Counted from the first letter of the stretch, positions 28,129-38,370 are shown. The stretch: DNA of 64,000 nucleotides from Bacteroidota bacterium (GCA_039715085.1 JBDLIB010000001.1:691-64690), one strand, 5' to 3'. Notes: a model not told the origin generated them from the letters alone. Numbers and translations are program-made.

Positions 28129-28801
28129 AATCTTTGTCGTTATTTACGTGTAAGTAGTTTGAATTTTGGTCAACTGCATTTTCGATTTTTTCTTTTCTTT
28201 TTTCATCGGCTTTAATAATCCAGTTTCGGGCTGCAGCTTGCCAATTTTTAATTTCAGCCTTTCCTCCGATTTTCCATCCCGTGGATTCATAATAATTGAA
28301 AAATATTTCCGCTTCTGCTTCCGTACTTTTATTTTCTAAAAAGAATTTTTTAACATTTTCAAATTCTATATATATAGAAAGTTTATGTTTATTTTGTTTA
28401 TAGTTTTTATATGTTTTAGAAGGTACCTGTACTTGTACATTATTAGTACTAGAGCGTATCAGAGCTTGTTTGTTATCCGGACGGTTGCGTACCGGTACTT
28501 GTTTTGAACCTGTCCCTAAATTGAACAAGACAACTTTGCTACCTTTGAACGGATTATAAGAGGGATAATATCTGATGTAATTCCATCGGTGCAGATCTTT
28601 AATGCATTTATGATAGGTAGATTTGGAACCGATCTTGGATAAGGCCATAATCTCCCCTCTGCTTATGGAAACAGGGTTGGAGAAACGGTTTAAATTCCAA
28701 TATTGAAATAATGCGAGATACATACTTATGTGGGTGGTATTCAGCCTGTCGTCTTTTGAAAATACATGTAGTGCTTTTGTAAGGTGTTTGATGTAGTTCA
28801 T
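28112..28801 (-). CDS. winged-helix, Rep/DnaD-like mobile-element protein
   Basis: 229 aa between an xis-like HTH gene and a DnaC-like ATPase. No strong motif; context-based call. Confidence 0.35.
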   Translation of the reverse strand: MNYIKHLTKALHVFSKDDRLNTTHISMYLALFQYWNLNRFSNPVSISRGEIMALSKIGSKSTYHKCIKDLHRWNYIRYYPSYNPFKGSKVVLFNLGTGSKQVPVRNRPDNKQALIRSSTNNVQVQVPSKTYKNYKQNKHKLSIYIEFENVKKFFLENKSTEAEAEIFFNYYESTGWKIGGKAEIKNWQAAARNWIIKADEKRKEKIENAVDQNSNYLHVNNDKDYDIPL

Positions 28802-28812
28802 ATCCGGAGCAT

Positions 28813-29091
28813 TTAAAAATTATTTTCAACTTTATTGATCTCCAATACTTTCAGAATTTCCTCTTTGTCGTAGAAAATGATCCCGTTGATCTTCGAGAAA
28901 GGCAGAGTTCCGTTATTCCTTAGATTTTGCAATGTTCCCGGTGAAATCCCTAAGAGCTTTTTTACTTCATTGGATTTGATCCACTTCTTGGATTTTTTAC
29001 CGTATTTGCCTTCTAGTAATTTTTCAATATCTTCTAATAATCCAATTTTGAATTCATAAAGATCTTCTGTGGTGATAATTGTTGCTGCCAT
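28813..29091 (-). CDS. excisionase-family (MerR-like) HTH DNA-binding protein
   Basis: KKWIKSNEVKKLLGISPGTLQNLRNNGTLPFSKINGIIFYDKEEI. Confidence 0.6.
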   Translation of the reverse strand: MAATIITTEDLYEFKIGLLEDIEKLLEGKYGKKSKKWIKSNEVKKLLGISPGTLQNLRNNGTLPFSKINGIIFYDKEEILKVLEINKVENNF

Positions 29092-29218
29092 TTGTAAAGT
29101 TTTTTAGATGAAGAAAAATCATTTCATAACCAACTGATATTATTCGATGATTTCTAATTCGATTTGTTAATTCTTCTGCAAACTTCTGACGGGAAAATGG
29201 ATTTTATTCACAAGCTCT

Positions 29219-29231
29219 CCCCAAGTTGGGG
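29219..29231. promoter_or_regulatory. palindrome CCCCAAGTTGGGG, one of three related sites in the xis/RteC spacer
   Basis: Perfect 13-bp palindrome. Related CCCAAGTTGGGG at 29345-29356. Inverted pair CCCCATGTTGAG (29722-29733) / CTCAATATGGGG (29747-29758). Confidence 0.4.
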
Positions 29232-29773
29232 GAAATATTTTGATATTAATTTTAGGCTTTTTTGATGCAATTTGGATGTGTAGATTTAAAATTTAGTTGC
29301 TAAAACAGTATAAAATTTATGAAAAGTTGAACATTTTTAAAATACCCAAGTTGGGGAGACCTTGGGTGTTTTTATTCAAATCTTAATAAGCAAGTAAGTG
29401 GATATTTGAAAATATACAATGAATCATCACCTGTCCTATCTTTGGATGAATCCGTAATGATAATAAGTAGTATATAATATAAATTGATTAATGATTTAAT
29501 ATGTTATTTGAATTCAATACTGTGATAATCCTTACTTATAGTAAGTAATATTATTATTATCATTCAGTCAAATAGTAATATATTTAACTTATGAAAATCA
29601 ATTTTATATTATGGATAGTAAGCAAAAAATATTAGTAAAAACGAGTTTAATTTCATTAGTGCTTTTATTAATGTTCCTTAGAGGATAATATTCCTTTTAA
29701 ATTGACTTTTTTAGAAGGTATCCCCATGTTGAGAATTTTGAAAACACTCAATATGGGGAAGGTTTGGGTATTC

Positions 29774-30598
29774 TTATTCCTCTGATTGATCCATGCGTTG
29801 TATCAACGAATTTTTAAGTTTTTCTATGAATTTTGTCCTGTCTTTTTTTCTGCCTTTTAATTCTATGTATGTCCTGTAAATATCCCCCATATCTATATTT
29901 AAAAGTTTTTCTATAGCTGAAGCTAGTTCTTTAATGTCTGAAGAACCATTATCTATAACTTTACAAGTATGAAGTGCATAAACAAGTTCTGTTATTTCTG
30001 CTTTTGACCCTGTCCATTTCAAATTAGATTTGAATCCGGGTTCTGATTTATTGTTTTTTAAATCATTTAGTTTTTGATGTAAATAGGTAATATATAGTTC
30101 AAATGCTTTTACTTTAGCTAATAATGCATCATGTGATGTGCTGAATTTTGGGGAGAAACAATAGGTTTTAGAATTAGTGAAATTTAGATTATCGCTATTC
30201 TTTGATGTGAAATACAAGGAGTCTAAATGACTCTTGCCGAGATTAATGTATTGAATGAAGTCAATATTGTAAGTATTGAATTTATCAATTTTTTCAATCT
30301 TACGTTTGATGTATTTCTTTTGTTTTCGAATATTTACTTTTGGATATTCGATTTCAAAAGTTCTGATCTTACTGTAATAAATGATTTGACTCAGGGGGAA
30401 ACTTTTGATATTCTTAAAGAAATTTATTTCATCTTCTTCATAGGTGAAAGAAGAAATCAGGATACTCCTGTTCATGTATTCCAGTGAGTTTCTACATGCT
30501 AAAATTGATTTGTTTGCCATGCATACAATATTGTTGTTTTTGCACTTTATTTTCTCTAATTCTAACTTTAATTTCTCTAGTTGTTCTTTGTATTCCAT
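29774..30598 (-). CDS. rteC: RteC-domain regulatory protein
   Basis: C-terminal LKWTGSKAEITELVYALHTCKVI...IKELASAIEKLLNI block typical of Bacteroidota RteC. 274 aa. Confidence 0.7.
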   Translation of the reverse strand: MEYKEQLEKLKLELEKIKCKNNNIVCMANKSILACRNSLEYMNRSILISSFTYEEDEINFFKNIKSFPLSQIIYYSKIRTFEIEYPKVNIRKQKKYIKRKIEKIDKFNTYNIDFIQYINLGKSHLDSLYFTSKNSDNLNFTNSKTYCFSPKFSTSHDALLAKVKAFELYITYLHQKLNDLKNNKSEPGFKSNLKWTGSKAEITELVYALHTCKVIDNGSSDIKELASAIEKLLNIDMGDIYRTYIELKGRKKDRTKFIEKLKNSLIQRMDQSEE

Positions 30599-30876
30599 TC
30601 TCTAATTTTTAAAGGTTATAGCTATAAGTTTGTGTTTCAACTAGGATTGATTAATACTTATAGGAAGATTAATTGATAAATAAAGGAATACAGAACTGTA
30701 TCTGATTAAAGGGTGGGTTAATTGATGTTTTTTGATGTGATTGACTTATTAATAATCAATTCTATGAATAGAAGAATAGTAAAGCCAATAAATAGAACTA
30801 TGGAATAAAAATATATTTATTATTATAAAACATGCATTTTTTTTCCGTAAAAAAATTACGGGAAATCCCTATTTTT

Positions 30877-31551
30877 TTAGATAAATCCTTTCTCTTTAGC
30901 AATATGTATTAACTCCCTGTCATTTCTCTTTTTAATATCAAATATATTTTTTAATCTTCGCTTTCTTTTTTCTATTCCGCCAATGGATAAAGGGAGTAAC
31001 TTTGGCAGATCCTTCATTTTTGCTCCGTTTGAGAGTTCGTAAAGTAATAGCCTGTCTATTTTATCAAGACAGTGCCTGTGGGAAATACGTTTTCGCATTA
31101 ATTTTAACACAGATTTGCTATAGAAGGGAGGATCTTCAATAACAGAATTTATAGCAGAGACCAGATCTTCATACCGGAGATCATGCTTGATCAGAAAACC
31201 GTCAGGATCAATATTTTCCAGTATATTATATATTAAAAAATTATCATCGAAATTTGTTGAAATAATGATTTTTATATTTGGAATAAGTTGTCTGATCATG
31301 AAAGCCAAGTCTTCCCCGGAAAGAATCTTATGATCTTTTGAGGGAGGAATGCTTATGTCTATGAGAGCAAAATCCAGGTCTTTCTTCTTAGAATGATATT
31401 TGATCTTTTCAATGGCAGAATCACTATTTTTTGCTATTTTTATGTTGAATTCTATCTCTTTATTGTTTGAGCTGACTCTTGAAAAGCTGTTTTTATAGGC
31501 CTCTGAAATTATAGGGCAATCATCAATAATAAGAACAGAATAAGTTTTCAT
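30877..31551 (-). CDS. LuxR/NarL-type response regulator (paralog 1), orphan
   Basis: REC domain (VLIIDDCPIISEAY...FALIDISIP) plus LuxR HTH (LLYELSNGAKMKDLPKLLPLSIGGIEKRKRRLKNIF). Start taken at the internal ATG (MKTYSV). Confidence 0.8.
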   Translation of the reverse strand: MKTYSVLIIDDCPIISEAYKNSFSRVSSNNKEIEFNIKIAKNSDSAIEKIKYHSKKKDLDFALIDISIPPSKDHKILSGEDLAFMIRQLIPNIKIIISTNFDDNFLIYNILENIDPDGFLIKHDLRYEDLVSAINSVIEDPPFYSKSVLKLMRKRISHRHCLDKIDRLLLYELSNGAKMKDLPKLLPLSIGGIEKRKRRLKNIFDIKKRNDRELIHIAKEKGFI

Positions 31552-31983
31552 AATATATTTTTTCAGGAATTGATAATGCCATTTATTGACCTGAGGAATA
31601 GAAAACATCCAAAATGGATGCATCTTTCAAAGCGAAAATTAAATATATAATTTTGGAATATAGTATTGTTTTTCCTTGAAAATGGTAGGGAAAAATTATA
31701 ATTATTAAATGTAGAATGAAATGAGAATTAATATTAACTATTCATTGAAATATTAACTTAATGAAGGGGGTGAAAAACCTTACAGATAGCAAGTGAAAAC
31801 ATTACTAAATTCATGCGAGAAAGTTGTAAATTTAATCGTGTAAAGTATTAATTGATAATGATGTGTTGAAATGGGGGTCTTGATATAAGTCTCTTTTAGT
31901 AAATGATTTATGTAATATGACTAATAATTTCTAATAGATATAAAGGTTGTTCATAAAAAAATTATGACATAAAATTAAGAACA

Positions 31984-32595
31984 ATGCAAGAACTAAATAT
32001 GATTTCCAATAGAGATAATATGATACCAATTATTGTAGATGTTGAAAGAAATATAGATGGGCATCAAATGGTTAGATGTTCCTACTTTTCGGTTCAATCT
32101 GACGAGCCGTTATTGAATTGGAAAATAAATATTAGATCGTCAAATTCTCCAATAGTATTGCTTAATCTGGAAGCAATATTAGTAGGTTCACCCAGTAACC
32201 CAAATGATTTTAAAACTATTGAAGATATTAATGAGATGTATGATTTTATTGAAGATAGTAATGAAGGGCTATTTGTGGATATTAATGATATCTGGATTCC
32301 TGTTGAAATGTTTGGGAAAACTGATATAGAGCAAGGTATGGTTTTCAGAATACCAGATGAACAATTTATACTGTTGTGGAAATTTAGAAACGATAGAATT
32401 TCCATTGAAGAGTTGTTTTCAGATGAAGAAAGATTTGTACATAAGATGATGCCTGATTTGAAACAAAAACCACCTGTATATTTTTCAGAAGAAGAAACTA
32501 TGGCTTTTCAAAAATGGACATATAAACAAATAGAGCAATCACGTATGAGATATAATGAAAACAAGAAGCATGTATTAAAAAAAATAAAAAAATGA
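31984..32595 (+). CDS. hypothetical protein, coupled to the MBL hydrolase gene
   Basis: 203 aa with no recognisable domain. Its stop overlaps the next ATG (ATGA). Confidence 0.45.
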   Translation: MQELNMISNRDNMIPIIVDVERNIDGHQMVRCSYFSVQSDEPLLNWKINIRSSNSPIVLLNLEAILVGSPSNPNDFKTIEDINEMYDFIEDSNEGLFVDINDIWIPVEMFGKTDIEQGMVFRIPDEQFILLWKFRNDRISIEELFSDEERFVHKMMPDLKQKPPVYFSEEETMAFQKWTYKQIEQSRMRYNENKKHVLKKIKK

Positions 32596-33413
32596 GTCAA
32601 CTTAAAATTGTTCTTATAGACGTGGCTTGGGGAGACTCAATCTTTTTAGAAGCCAAAGATAATCAAGGAAAAGAATCTTATGCATTGATTGATTCTAATG
32701 ATAGCACTAATTATAAGTCTACCTTGATATTTCTTCGTAAGTATTTTCAAAAAAAGTTTGGAACGAGTAAAATTGATAAACCTTTATTAGATTGGGTGAT
32801 GCTTTCCCATGCTCATCTTGATCACGGGCAGGGATTAAAAGAAATAATGCGATTTTTTGGTGCAAAAAGATTTTATTACCCAAAAAGTATTCAAAACTCA
32901 AGTTTAGCACACCTTCAGCATTATGCCAATAGAGTGGGGATAATACATCAGGCAATTGATAATAATAGGAATTTTCCTGATTTTGGAGATGCAAAAGTAA
33001 AAATATTGTGGCCGCAAGAAGATGAAGATTTATCTGACAATGAAAATAATAATTCAATTATACTAGCAATTACTCAAGATAACAAATCAGCCATTTTTAC
33101 TGGAGATGCAGAAGAGGAAGTATGGAACTCCATAAAGAACAATATTCCAAATAATACGGCTTTCTTTAAGGTTCCTCATCATGGTTCAATAAACGGAACG
33201 TTGGATCATTCAGGAAATGGTACATGGACTACTAAATGCGCCAATTCTGTCTTTCTTGGAATGAGTACTCATAACCGTCCTTATAACCACCCTCATCAGG
33301 AAGTGCTGAATGTTCTAAATAATAGCGGGTATTCGTTTGCTAGGACTGATGAAAATTATCATATTGAGGTTGTTATCAGTTCTGGTCCTTTGAAAAGTAA
33401 ATATTCGGTGTAA
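32592..33413 (+). CDS. ComEC/Rec2-type metallo-beta-lactamase-fold hydrolase (stand-alone)
   Basis: MLSHAHLDHGQG (HxHxDH), later TGDAEEE and KVPHHGS. Confidence 0.75.
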   Translation: MSQLKIVLIDVAWGDSIFLEAKDNQGKESYALIDSNDSTNYKSTLIFLRKYFQKKFGTSKIDKPLLDWVMLSHAHLDHGQGLKEIMRFFGAKRFYYPKSIQNSSLAHLQHYANRVGIIHQAIDNNRNFPDFGDAKVKILWPQEDEDLSDNENNNSIILAITQDNKSAIFTGDAEEEVWNSIKNNIPNNTAFFKVPHHGSINGTLDHSGNGTWTTKCANSVFLGMSTHNRPYNHPHQEVLNVLNNSGYSFARTDENYHIEVVISSGPLKSKYSV

Positions 33414-33505
33414 GATTATTTGTTGTAAAAGATGCAGGTGAATTAGGGAAATACTAATTCAGTCATAAAAACACAAATATGTGATATTTATATAAATTAA
33501 AAATA

Positions 33506-35152
33506 ATGGAAAATAATTTTGAACCATTTGGCAGTATAGGATTATGCTTTAGTGGTGGTGGCTATCGTGCTACATTTTTTTCTTTAGGTGTAGTTTCCTA
33601 CTTAAATAGAATTCAATTAAGAAATAAATCACTTTTGGATAATGTTGAAGCTATAAGTACAGTTAGTGGAGGGACATTGCTAGGTGTTGCATTTGCTAAA
33701 GCAACTCAAGAAACAGATTTTAAGTTTGAGACTTTTTATAAAGAGTTTTATAATACATTTATTCCTGAATCTGATAGCCTTCTGCAGAATTCTCTTTCAA
33801 AATTGAGGGACGATTTTACATGGAAAGAAAATTATCATAAAAAAAGATCTTTAATAAATGCCTTTGCTTTAGCTTATTCAGATTTAAATCTTTTTAAGGG
33901 GGAGTTTGAAATGTTTAAGGATATGAAATCTTCTAATCTTAAACATGTTTGTTTTAATGCTACAGAATTTTCATATGGATTGGCTTTTAGGTTCCAAAAT
34001 ACTGGTAAGTTTGGTAACAATCCATTGAATTGTAAAGAACTTGAAAAAAATAAAGATAAAATTAAACTGTCAGATATTGTGGCATCTTCTTCTTGTTTCC
34101 CATTAGGTTTTGAGCCATTGGTTTTTCCGGACGACTATATTAAAGAAAAAGACAATGATGACTATAAAGCTCTAAAAAGATTGGATGATTTTATCAATGG
34201 TGTAGGTGTTATGGATGGGGGAATAATAGATAATCAAGGTATTGGAAGTATGATTAACATTAGTAAATCAAAGAAGCGTCAAAAACCATTAGATTTGTTT
34301 ATCGTAAATGATGTTGGAAGTTATAAGATGGACCCCTGGCAAACAGATGACTCAAAATCTTTTACAAAAAAATCATTGAAGGAGACATTTCTGGGATACC
34401 TAAAATATTTCAAAATAAATTGGATTTATTGGACTATATTGTTATTTGGAGTTCTTTTAATGGTTGTAAATTCTTTAGAGTTAATTAAGGGAAAATCATG
34501 GATATCCTTGTATGTGTTAGGAGGGATAATTACCGGTATTGGTATTTCTTTGACTATGTTAGGAATGGTTACTGGGCTAATAAAAGCAAATTTACTTAAA
34601 GGGCTTAAGTTAACTCTAAGAAGAGTTGTTCCTAAGAGCTTATTTGAAGAAGTTATTTCATTTCATAGATTAAATTTCGGGTTAATTAAATGGATGCTAA
34701 ATGAACGTTTGACATCCACAGTGAAAATGGTAAGTGAGGTTTTCTTGAAACAATTAAGAAGAATGAATTATGATCTTTTATACTCCAAAGGTCATTTACA
34801 AAATAAAATAATAACTTCAACTGTTTATGAATTGAATGATCAGGAAACACTTTATAATAAGAAAAAGCGCTTCAATGAGAAAATAAAACCAGCCCCTGGT
34901 AAACAATTAAAAAAAGTTGCTCTATTAGCTTCTGACGCTCCAACATCTCTTTGGTGGGATGAAAATGATAAATCACATGATAGGATGGATTGTCTCATAG
35001 CATGTGGTCAATTTACTACTTGTTACAACCTGATGGATTATATCTTGAAGTTGAAGAAAAGTGAAATAACTTCAAAGGAAATTGATGATATGTATTCTTT
35101 GCTGGAAAAAGATTGGAAAGAATTTAATAAAAACCCATTATTTATAGTTTAA
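33506..35152 (+). CDS. patatin-like phospholipase with two predicted TM helices
   Basis: Oxyanion FSGGGYRA, nucleophile elbow TVSGG, catalytic Asp in MDGGIIDNQG. Hydrophobic helices WIYWTILLFGVLLMVV and LYVLGGIITGIGISLTMLGMVTGLI. Confidence 0.8.
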   Translation: MENNFEPFGSIGLCFSGGGYRATFFSLGVVSYLNRIQLRNKSLLDNVEAISTVSGGTLLGVAFAKATQETDFKFETFYKEFYNTFIPESDSLLQNSLSKLRDDFTWKENYHKKRSLINAFALAYSDLNLFKGEFEMFKDMKSSNLKHVCFNATEFSYGLAFRFQNTGKFGNNPLNCKELEKNKDKIKLSDIVASSSCFPLGFEPLVFPDDYIKEKDNDDYKALKRLDDFINGVGVMDGGIIDNQGIGSMINISKSKKRQKPLDLFIVNDVGSYKMDPWQTDDSKSFTKKSLKETFLGYLKYFKINWIYWTILLFGVLLMVVNSLELIKGKSWISLYVLGGIITGIGISLTMLGMVTGLIKANLLKGLKLTLRRVVPKSLFEEVISFHRLNFGLIKWMLNERLTSTVKMVSEVFLKQLRRMNYDLLYSKGHLQNKIITSTVYELNDQETLYNKKKRFNEKIKPAPGKQLKKVALLASDAPTSLWWDENDKSHDRMDCLIACGQFTTCYNLMDYILKLKKSEITSKEIDDMYSLLEKDWKEFNKNPLFIV

Positions 35153-35823
35153 ATAAACCCTTTCTCCTTTGCTATTTGAATCAATTCACGGTCACTGTCT
35201 CCTAAGACTCCAAAAATATCTTTAAGCCTGCGTTTTCTTTTTTCAATGCTGGCTATGGATAAACCAACAATATCAGGCAGTTCCTTCATTTTTGCTCCAT
35301 TTGATATTTCATGAAGAATTATCCTATCTTGCTTATCAAGTTTATCCTCACTTGCCACCTGGCTTCTTACAAACCTCAAAACAGATTTGCTATAATAAGG
35401 AATATCACCTAAAATTGAATTTATCGCCTTAACCAATTCTGCTAAGTTTATATCGTTTTTAATCAAGAATCCGTCAGGATTGATACTCTTAAAAATAGTA
35501 TTCATCAGAAAACTGTCATTATGTGTAGTTGAAACGATGATCTGTGCTTTGGGATGCTGTTCCCGTATTAACTTCCCTATATCTTCCCCCGATAAGATTT
35601 TACCATCCTTTGATTCCGGGAGGTTTAAGTCTAATATTACGATGTCTAGTTTTCCTTTTTTAGTATAACAATTAATTTTATCTACTGCGGAGTCACTGTC
35701 TACAGCTATATCAACTTGAAAATCAATATTATCATTTTCTGATTTTAACTTGTTGAGAGCGATTTGGTAAGTGTCTGCAATTAACGGGTGATCATCAACA
35801 ATGAGGACAGTATGTTTTTTCAT
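35149..35823 (-). CDS. LuxR/NarL-type response regulator (paralog 2)
   Basis: About 50% identical by eye to 30877..31551 and shares the ...DRELIQIAKEKGFI end. Its 3' end overlaps the patatin stop by 4 nt. Confidence 0.8.
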   Translation of the reverse strand: MKKHTVLIVDDHPLIADTYQIALNKLKSENDNIDFQVDIAVDSDSAVDKINCYTKKGKLDIVILDLNLPESKDGKILSGEDIGKLIREQHPKAQIIVSTTHNDSFLMNTIFKSINPDGFLIKNDINLAELVKAINSILGDIPYYSKSVLRFVRSQVASEDKLDKQDRIILHEISNGAKMKELPDIVGLSIASIEKRKRRLKDIFGVLGDSDRELIQIAKEKGFI

Positions 35824-35838
35824 GATTGGTTTTACTTT

Positions 35839-37878
35839 TTATAATGGGACTGATATATTTATAGTTGTTCCTGTATTAATAATGGAGTCTATTTGAATAG
35901 TTCCTCCCAATTTTTTTACTCTTGAGGCCATATTCTTTAATCCAATTCCTTTTTTGTTGTTTTGAGTGTCAAATCCAACTCCATTATCTTTGATTATCAA
36001 ATGTAGCATTTCTTTTTCTAAAGTAAAATGAATTTCTACAAATGAAGCTTTTGCATATTTGTTAATATTCTGAATCGTTTCCTGAATAATACGGTAAATA
36101 TTTGTTTTAATTTCTGTGTCAACATCTTCCCATACTATTTGATCATCATGACTTAGGTTAAATTCAAAATTGGAGATCTTGCTTTGTTTTTCTAATAGTT
36201 CTTTGACGATTTCAAAATAACTGTCATCGGAACTATGTATATTACTTTTTAATTCATGTGAGATATTACGGATCTCCAGTTCCGTATTATTAATTTCATC
36301 TTTATAAGTCTGATATTTCTTTTTTGTTCCTTCATCACCTTTGATGTCGAAAATATCGAGGCCTAGCCTAATTGCAAATAAACTGCCGAGTACGCCGTCA
36401 TGAAGATCTTCCGAAATTCTTTTTCTTTCCTTTTGTTTGGCTTCATTCATTTTTGAATGCTGAGAAAGCATCAGTTTATAGATTTCCTGGTTGGATTTTT
36501 CCTGTTCTGTTTCCAGTAACAGCTCTTTATTCTTTGCTTTTTGTCTCATGATAAAGGATATCAACAAAACAATAGAAAGTAATAGGAAACTTGTAGCAAT
36601 GATCCAATTTCTTTGTCTGGACAGTTCTTTGGTTTCTTCAATATATTCATCGGTTTCAAATTGAATTCGGGTGAATTTATCCCTGATCTTTCGTTCTTCT
36701 TTTTGAAGGCTGTCTGTTAAAGAAATGTAGTTTCCTAAGTATGTGTCGCTATTGACTTTATCTATTGAGGAAAGTAATTTTAAAGAGGACAATATATCCC
36801 GATTATTGTTTACTTCCTTAGACAAATAAAGGGCATCTTTAGCGTATTCGATTGCTTTTAATGTGTCGGTGTATTTTGTAAAATATTCCGCTAGATGTAA
36901 TTTACTGATTGCTACAGCCGATTTGTTATTAAGGCTATCTCTGATTACTAATGACTTGTAAAACTCTTGAGGTAAGTTTGTGGTATCACCATTCAAAAAT
37001 TTGTTATAAGCTAAATTATCTATTAATCTGGCATATAGATTAATATTTTTAATTCTAACACTATCATTTTTTAATGCTTTTTCAAAATATTTAATTGCTA
37101 TACTAAAAAGACCTTTATACTGATATACTAAACCAATATTATTTAAACTCCATTCTTTATATGTTTTTTTATTTTTTACTTTTCTTAAATAGAATAAGGC
37201 GTTTTTGTGATAATTTATTGATTTATCGTATTCTTCCATATCTTTGAAAGTAATCCCGACTTGATTATAACATCTATAAAGATTAAGGTATTTTTTTAAA
37301 GGTTTAAACTTTGAGATAGCATGGAAAGTTAATTTTTCACTAGCTGTATAGTTTTTAACTCTACCCTGAATAAAGGCCATATTGTACAACATTTTTCCCG
37401 AGTAATATTCATTATTTATGGAGTTGAAGTTTAATAATGCTTTATGATAATGGTAATAGGCACTATCCAATTTTTCTTCTTTCACAAAGAAGTTTCCATA
37501 ATTCCAATGACTATCTGCAATACCAAAAGTATCTTTTAATTTTTTAGATAATATAAATGCATCGCTATTAGTTTTTTTAAAAAAAGGAGTGTCTATATTT
37601 TTGTATGCTTCATAAGCAATTATTGATAAATTTTTATATTTAACAGAATCAATCTTATTTTTGTTATTCAATTGATATGCTTTAAGCAAGTATGATTTTC
37701 TTTTTTCTAATACTAAATTCTTTTTTTTAGCTAAATCTATCCAAATTGTAACACTATCTACTTCAGCAATACTATTACTGATATTTATATTGCTCTTAGG
37801 ATTACAACCGATAGATAAATTTAGTGCAATAAATAAAAATAAATATAAACTAAACCTATTATCCTTTTCTAGTATCAT
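35839..37878 (-). CDS. TPR-containing sensor histidine kinase (HisKA_3 + HATPase_c)
   Basis: N-terminal lipoprotein-like signal, TPR-like repeats, one TM helice (WIIATSFLLLSIVLLISFI), H-box RISEDLHDGV, ATPase DNGVGF...GIGLKNM. Confidence 0.8.
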   Translation of the reverse strand: MILEKDNRFSLYLFLFIALNLSIGCNPKSNINISNSIAEVDSVTIWIDLAKKKNLVLEKRKSYLLKAYQLNNKNKIDSVKYKNLSIIAYEAYKNIDTPFFKKTNSDAFILSKKLKDTFGIADSHWNYGNFFVKEEKLDSAYYHYHKALLNFNSINNEYYSGKMLYNMAFIQGRVKNYTASEKLTFHAISKFKPLKKYLNLYRCYNQVGITFKDMEEYDKSINYHKNALFYLRKVKNKKTYKEWSLNNIGLVYQYKGLFSIAIKYFEKALKNDSVRIKNINLYARLIDNLAYNKFLNGDTTNLPQEFYKSLVIRDSLNNKSAVAISKLHLAEYFTKYTDTLKAIEYAKDALYLSKEVNNNRDILSSLKLLSSIDKVNSDTYLGNYISLTDSLQKEERKIRDKFTRIQFETDEYIEETKELSRQRNWIIATSFLLLSIVLLISFIMRQKAKNKELLLETEQEKSNQEIYKLMLSQHSKMNEAKQKERKRISEDLHDGVLGSLFAIRLGLDIFDIKGDEGTKKKYQTYKDEINNTELEIRNISHELKSNIHSSDDSYFEIVKELLEKQSKISNFEFNLSHDDQIVWEDVDTEIKTNIYRIIQETIQNINKYAKASFVEIHFTLEKEMLHLIIKDNGVGFDTQNNKKGIGLKNMASRVKKLGGTIQIDSIINTGTTINISVPL

Positions 37879-37968
37879 TTTTATAATTGAAAATAATTCA
37901 AACAAATCTATAAAAAAAGCCCTAATCAAATTGATTAAGGCAAATTTTATAATTTTATATCAAAATTA

Positions 37969-38130
37969 TTAATCTTTTTCATCATCAATTTCATCAGCAT
38001 CATCCTCACCAGTCGCAACAACTTCCATGGTAGTACTGTTAATTTCTTCTTCTGTAATATCATCTGCTGTACAAGCGAAAAAAAGGTTTGAAAATATTAT
38101 GAACGCAATAAAGTAAATTGTTTTTTTCAT
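37969..38130 (-). CDS. small acidic lipoprotein-like peptide (53 aa)
   Basis: MKKTIYFIAFIIFSNLFFAC lipobox-like signal, then an Asp/Glu-rich tail (TGEDDADEIDDEKD). Directly upstream of the kinase on the same strand. Confidence 0.4.
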   Translation of the reverse strand: MKKTIYFIAFIIFSNLFFACTADDITEEEINSTTMEVVATGEDDADEIDDEKD

Positions 38131-38370
38131 TGTTAAAAATTTTATAATTATTAAATGTTTTTTGTGCCGGAAACCGGCCAATTCTTTATTGTGCACAATG
38201 AAAAGTATAAGAGAGGTTTTATGTTTTAATACTCTGATACTTAAATAGGAAGCTTCTTTATTCGGGTCAAAAGTATGTAGGATGAATATTAAAAACTGTT
38301 AAAAAAACCAAGCTTTAGTGAAAGTGTAGATTCTATTAGTGAAACACCAAGTTTTGATAGGGAAACAATA

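Noticed and set aside
30877-31623. Upstream-extended starts given by the ORF track (for example MHPFWMF... at 31623; also 53628, 53996, 37929, 38196, 60708)
   Set aside because: The extensions add non-conserved residues ahead of canonical N-termini or signal peptides ([37 protein letters not shown]). I used the internal ATGs instead.
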